DNA of 28,240 nucleotides from a virus (Duplodnaviria; Caudoviricetes), in the IMG/VR virus record IMGVR_UViG_3300020042_010164, positions 1-28,240 of that record. One strand, 5' to 3'. Below, in pieces: positions 25,726-28,240 of this stretch. The notes below the pieces were generated by a model that did not search any database, was not told where the DNA came from, and saw nothing but the letters and a program-made list of their open reading frames with translations. Each line of letters starts with the position of its first letter. Positions within the stretch are counted from its first letter, which is position 1. Position numbers and translations under genes: made by a program.

Positions 25726-25780
25726 TTGACAAATTGTTCCACCCGTGGTATAATAAAGTCTTTTAACCAACCGATAGAGG
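25726..25780 (+). promoter_or_regulatory. Repeated early promoter and leader cassette, copy 4
   Basis: TTGACA-17-TATAAT followed by AAAGTCTTTTAACCAACCGATAGAGG. Confidence 0.9.
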
Positions 25781-25789
25781 ACAAGCGAA

Positions 25790-26197
25790 ATGTTCAAAAC
25801 CTACTTCACCAAGTCAAGCGCTGGCCATTACACCGTGACCATCAAGAACGCGGAAAAGTGCACCGTGTTCACGCGCAGGTATGTTGACAACCTCGTGGAA
25901 GCCCGCCAGATCGCCAGCGAAACCCTGGTCGAGCTGCAAGCTCGCGCTCGCGAGCCTTGGTACAACTCGCAGTACGGCAAGCTCTCCGAAGCGAGCTACG
26001 CGATTGCAGACTACCGCGAGCGTTCGGCGGTGCAAGATGTGCTGTGCTCAGCCGCTGACAATGCGACCGACACGATGCAAGAGGTGGAAGACCGCACCTG
26101 GGAATCGGTCTTCCGTGGCACACTCGAAAGCATCCTGTGCGACTGCTCCGACGCTGTCGTCCGCGACTGGTTTCGCGCTCAGGGTGTCGCGTGGTGA
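25790..26197 (+). CDS. Early hypothetical protein
   Basis: Follows the cassette RBS. Confidence 0.7.
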   Translation: MFKTYFTKSSAGHYTVTIKNAEKCTVFTRRYVDNLVEARQIASETLVELQARAREPWYNSQYGKLSEASYAIADYRERSAVQDVLCSAADNATDTMQEVEDRTWESVFRGTLESILCDCSDAVVRDWFRAQGVAW

Positions 26198-26640
26198 GCG
26201 CCGTTGATGCGGTGTTGGCCGAGCACCACCCGAGGCCCACGGACGACCCGCTCTACGTGCCTTGGTGGGCGAAAGGCGAGTACGCTCGTGCGAAAGGCAC
26301 CCGCTGGGCGATGCCGGATGGCACGCAGATCGTCGCGGGACGCGTCACTGTCGTGGGCACCGGAGCCCTTCCGAGCGCTTCGCGACCCGTGCCGGTATGT
26401 ACACCCCAACCCGTGCCCGCCGAGCGCGTCGTGACCCCTCCGGTCGCCTCGCCGACCCCACGACGCGCCAAGCGCACCCCGGACCTCGTGGACGAACTGC
26501 TGCGAGTGCACCGGACACTCGACTCCCGCGTGGTGCTGTGCCACGCGTACGGCGTCGACGCGGCGATCTTGCGCGACGCACCCAACCCGGGTGTCGCCAG
26601 CATGCGACTCGCTAACGCCCTGCGACGGGTGCTACTATGA
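26194..26640 (+). CDS. Hypothetical protein with Pro-rich linker and C-terminal NPGVASMRLANALRR domain
   Basis: GTGA overlap at the start, ATGA overlap at the end. Confidence 0.55.
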   Translation: MSAVDAVLAEHHPRPTDDPLYVPWWAKGEYARAKGTRWAMPDGTQIVAGRVTVVGTGALPSASRPVPVCTPQPVPAERVVTPPVASPTPRRAKRTPDLVDELLRVHRTLDSRVVLCHAYGVDAAILRDAPNPGVASMRLANALRRVLL

Positions 26641-27065
26641 GGCTCCCCGAGCAGCGCCTGTGGGACTGGCTCGACCGCCGGTGCGGACACTCCGCGCACC
26701 TGCAACGAATCGAGAACCGGGTGGGCAGTGGCGTGCCCGATGTGTTCGCGGCGACGTTCGGGTGGCAAGGCTGGATCGAGTTGAAAGTGCTCCCCGCGTG
26801 GCCGAAAAAGGCAAGCACTCCGGTGCGACTGCAGCACTGGACCCCGGTACAGCGAAACTGGGCACGGCGGCACGAGGACTACTGCGGCCACGTCGCACTG
26901 CTCGTCGAAATAGCCCAGAGCGAAACGCTAGTGCTGTTCCGTGCACTCGACGCGGCAGCGGCGATCGACACGTGGACCCGGGACGAATGGCTGCAGCGAG
27001 CGGTCTGGTCCGGGCAGCGAAACGCGAAGTGCGAGCAGGTGCTTGACGGGCTGCGGCGGGTGTGA
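26637..27065 (+). CDS. PD-(D/E)XK nuclease (VRR-NUC / Holliday junction resolvase-like)
   Basis: E...RIEN...GVPDV...GWIELK...Q..W motif set. Confidence 0.8.
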   Translation: MRLPEQRLWDWLDRRCGHSAHLQRIENRVGSGVPDVFAATFGWQGWIELKVLPAWPKKASTPVRLQHWTPVQRNWARRHEDYCGHVALLVEIAQSETLVLFRALDAAAAIDTWTRDEWLQRAVWSGQRNAKCEQVLDGLRRV

Positions 27066-27071
27066 TATCCT
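27043..27071 (+). promoter_or_regulatory. Possible sigma70 promoter firing into the non-coding repeat element
   Basis: TTGACG-17 nt-TATCCT with extended -10 TG. Confidence 0.45.
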
Positions 27072-27132
27072 GCTGGGGCGTCGTGCAATGCGTCGCTACT
27101 CGCCCATCGCGGCCAGTGCGGAACCCGCCAAG

Positions 27133-27349
27133 CGTTCCATTGTTACACCACAATGTAACAACCAATGTAACACTCTTCCCATTCGAAAAAAGCCCCGGTG
27201 TTCCATCGTTACATGCGCACGCGGGGGGTCGGCCTTGTCACGAAAATCTGAATTCGGGTATATGCGAGATGTAACAATGGAACAGAACGCTCTTCTCGAA
27301 TGGGAAAGCCGTTACATCGGCTGTTACACCGAAGTGGAACGATGGAACA
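27133..27349. repeat. Octamer-box (RTGKAACR) array, copy B: two ~82-bp modules in inverted orientation
   Basis: Left arm 27133-27214 and right arm 27269-27349 each have six boxes plus a TCCCATTCGA/TCGAATGGGA core with near-identical spacing. Confidence 0.85.
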
Positions 27350-27446
27350 CGCTCGAAGCACTCCAGACGCCAAGCAATGCAGCACCACCACATGGGGCTT
27401 CACTTCTACCCTCTCGTGTACGCGCACGATTACCCATAGTTTCCGA

Positions 27447-27546
27447 CTATCGACTCGTGGCGTCCGATAGTTCATAGTTCCTGCCTATCGACTCGTGGTG
27501 TCCGATAGTTCATAGTTCCTGCCTATCGAGTGCCGTCTTGCGATAG
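27447..27546. repeat. Three CTATCG-N12-CGATAG palindromes at 38-bp period
   Basis: Starts at 27447, 27485 and 27523. The first two 38-bp units differ at one base; the third keeps the arms but has a different spacer. Confidence 0.85.
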
Positions 27547-27604
27547 TTTGTGTCTACAGAAACCGGGGTTGTGCCGCTCCTGTCGCCTGTGGTTTAATTC
27601 GCTC

Positions 27605-28240
27605 ATGGCCTTCAAAGACGACCGCACCACGCTGGACAAAATCGGTAGCAAAACGCTTGACGAGTACGAGCGTCGTGCCGGTATTTCCGCGCAAACCCTG
27701 CTCGACGCTGTCCGTCGCGACCGCGTTCGATTACCGCCATGTGAGTCTTGTCACATCGCCAGTTCGCTCACGTGCAACGACCCTACGATTGTGGCGCTGG
27801 GCGACCTGCGCTTGCACGAGGAGACCCGGGCGTACAAGATGCTGCAAATCCTAGCTGAGTTTCGTGATGGTCCACCCGAGTCGCGTTTCTCGATGCGGCA
27901 CGCGTACACCGCAGCGGGTGTGCATCGTTCGACGATGATCGGGTGGCGAAAGGACCACAAGCTGTTCGATTCGCTCATGGAAGCGATTCAGGAGGAGATG
28001 GTCGACACGTTGCGGGCTGAGGCTTATCGGCGGGCGGTGGTGGGCGTCGACGAGCCACTGGTGCACCAAGGTCTCAAGACGGGTGACACGGTAAAGAAGT
28101 TCAGTGATGGGCTGCTGCAGTTCACGCTAATGGGCTACGACGCGAAATTCAGGGCGAGAGACGTTCACATGAACGTGAGTGGTACGCTCGATTCCAACAT
28201 CAACATCGAGGGTCTACGTGACCGGCTTGCACAACGGCTC
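27605..28240 (+). CDS. terS: Terminase small subunit (3' truncated by window edge)
   Basis: Hand translation from ATG 27605 is open to the window end. HTH-like AAGVHRSTMIGWRK is followed by EAYRRAVVGVDEPLVHQG...TVKKFSDGLL, a typical TerS signature. Absent from the ORF track because it has no stop. Confidence 0.8.
   Translation, partial: MAFKDDRTTLDKIGSKTLDEYERRAGISAQTLLDAVRRDRVRLPPCESCHIASSLTCNDPTIVALGDLRLHEETRAYKMLQILAEFRDGPPESRFSMRHAYTAAGVHRSTMIGWRKDHKLFDSLMEAIQEEMVDTLRAEAYRRAVVGVDEPLVHQGLKTGDTVKKFSDGLLQFTLMGYDAKFRARDVHMNVSGTLDSNINIEGLRDRLAQRL

Noticed and set aside
7066-27214. Invertible segment or transposon bounded by the inverted modules
   Set aside because: Spacers between boxes have diverged, no recombinase or transposase is in the window, and all genes are co-oriented with the flanks. 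Not fully excluded without read data.
26941-27477. ORFs of 70-178 aa over octamer array B
   Set aside because: They overlap the nuclease gene and the inverted-repeat element, with no RBS or protein-like features.
27447-27546. Mini CRISPR array
   Set aside because: The first two 38-bp units are near-identical with no unique spacers, and there are no cas genes. Better explained as phased palindromic sites.

Overview
A 28-kb, entirely plus-strand segment of a tailed dsDNA phage genome, probably podovirus-like and with no lysogeny genes visible in this window. The order is: (1) four large acidic or Ala/Gly-rich genes resembling internal-virion/DNA-ejection proteins (3-6829); (2) a non-coding repeat element and a replication module (AEP-type primase, SNF2 helicase, SSB-like proteins, an Acb2/Tad1-like protein, UvrD/Rep helicase, family A polymerase); (3) a complete 2-aminoadenine (Z) genome gene set of DpoZ-like polymerase, PurZ, MazZ and DatZ; (4) a separately promoted histone-deacetylase-family gene, a 411-aa unknown gene and a DUF6378-like gene; (5) an early region of small-gene cassettes, each led by a near-identical TTGACA-17-TATAAT promoter and leader; (6) a PD-(D/E)XK nuclease, a second copy of the non-coding repeat element, three 38-bp-phased palindromes and a terminase small subunit that runs off the window end. 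The most notable items are the Z-DNA system, a three-copy ~82-bp octamer-box module that brackets the replication/early region, and a possible phage acetylation writer/eraser pair. Family assignments come from motif recognition only; no searches were run.
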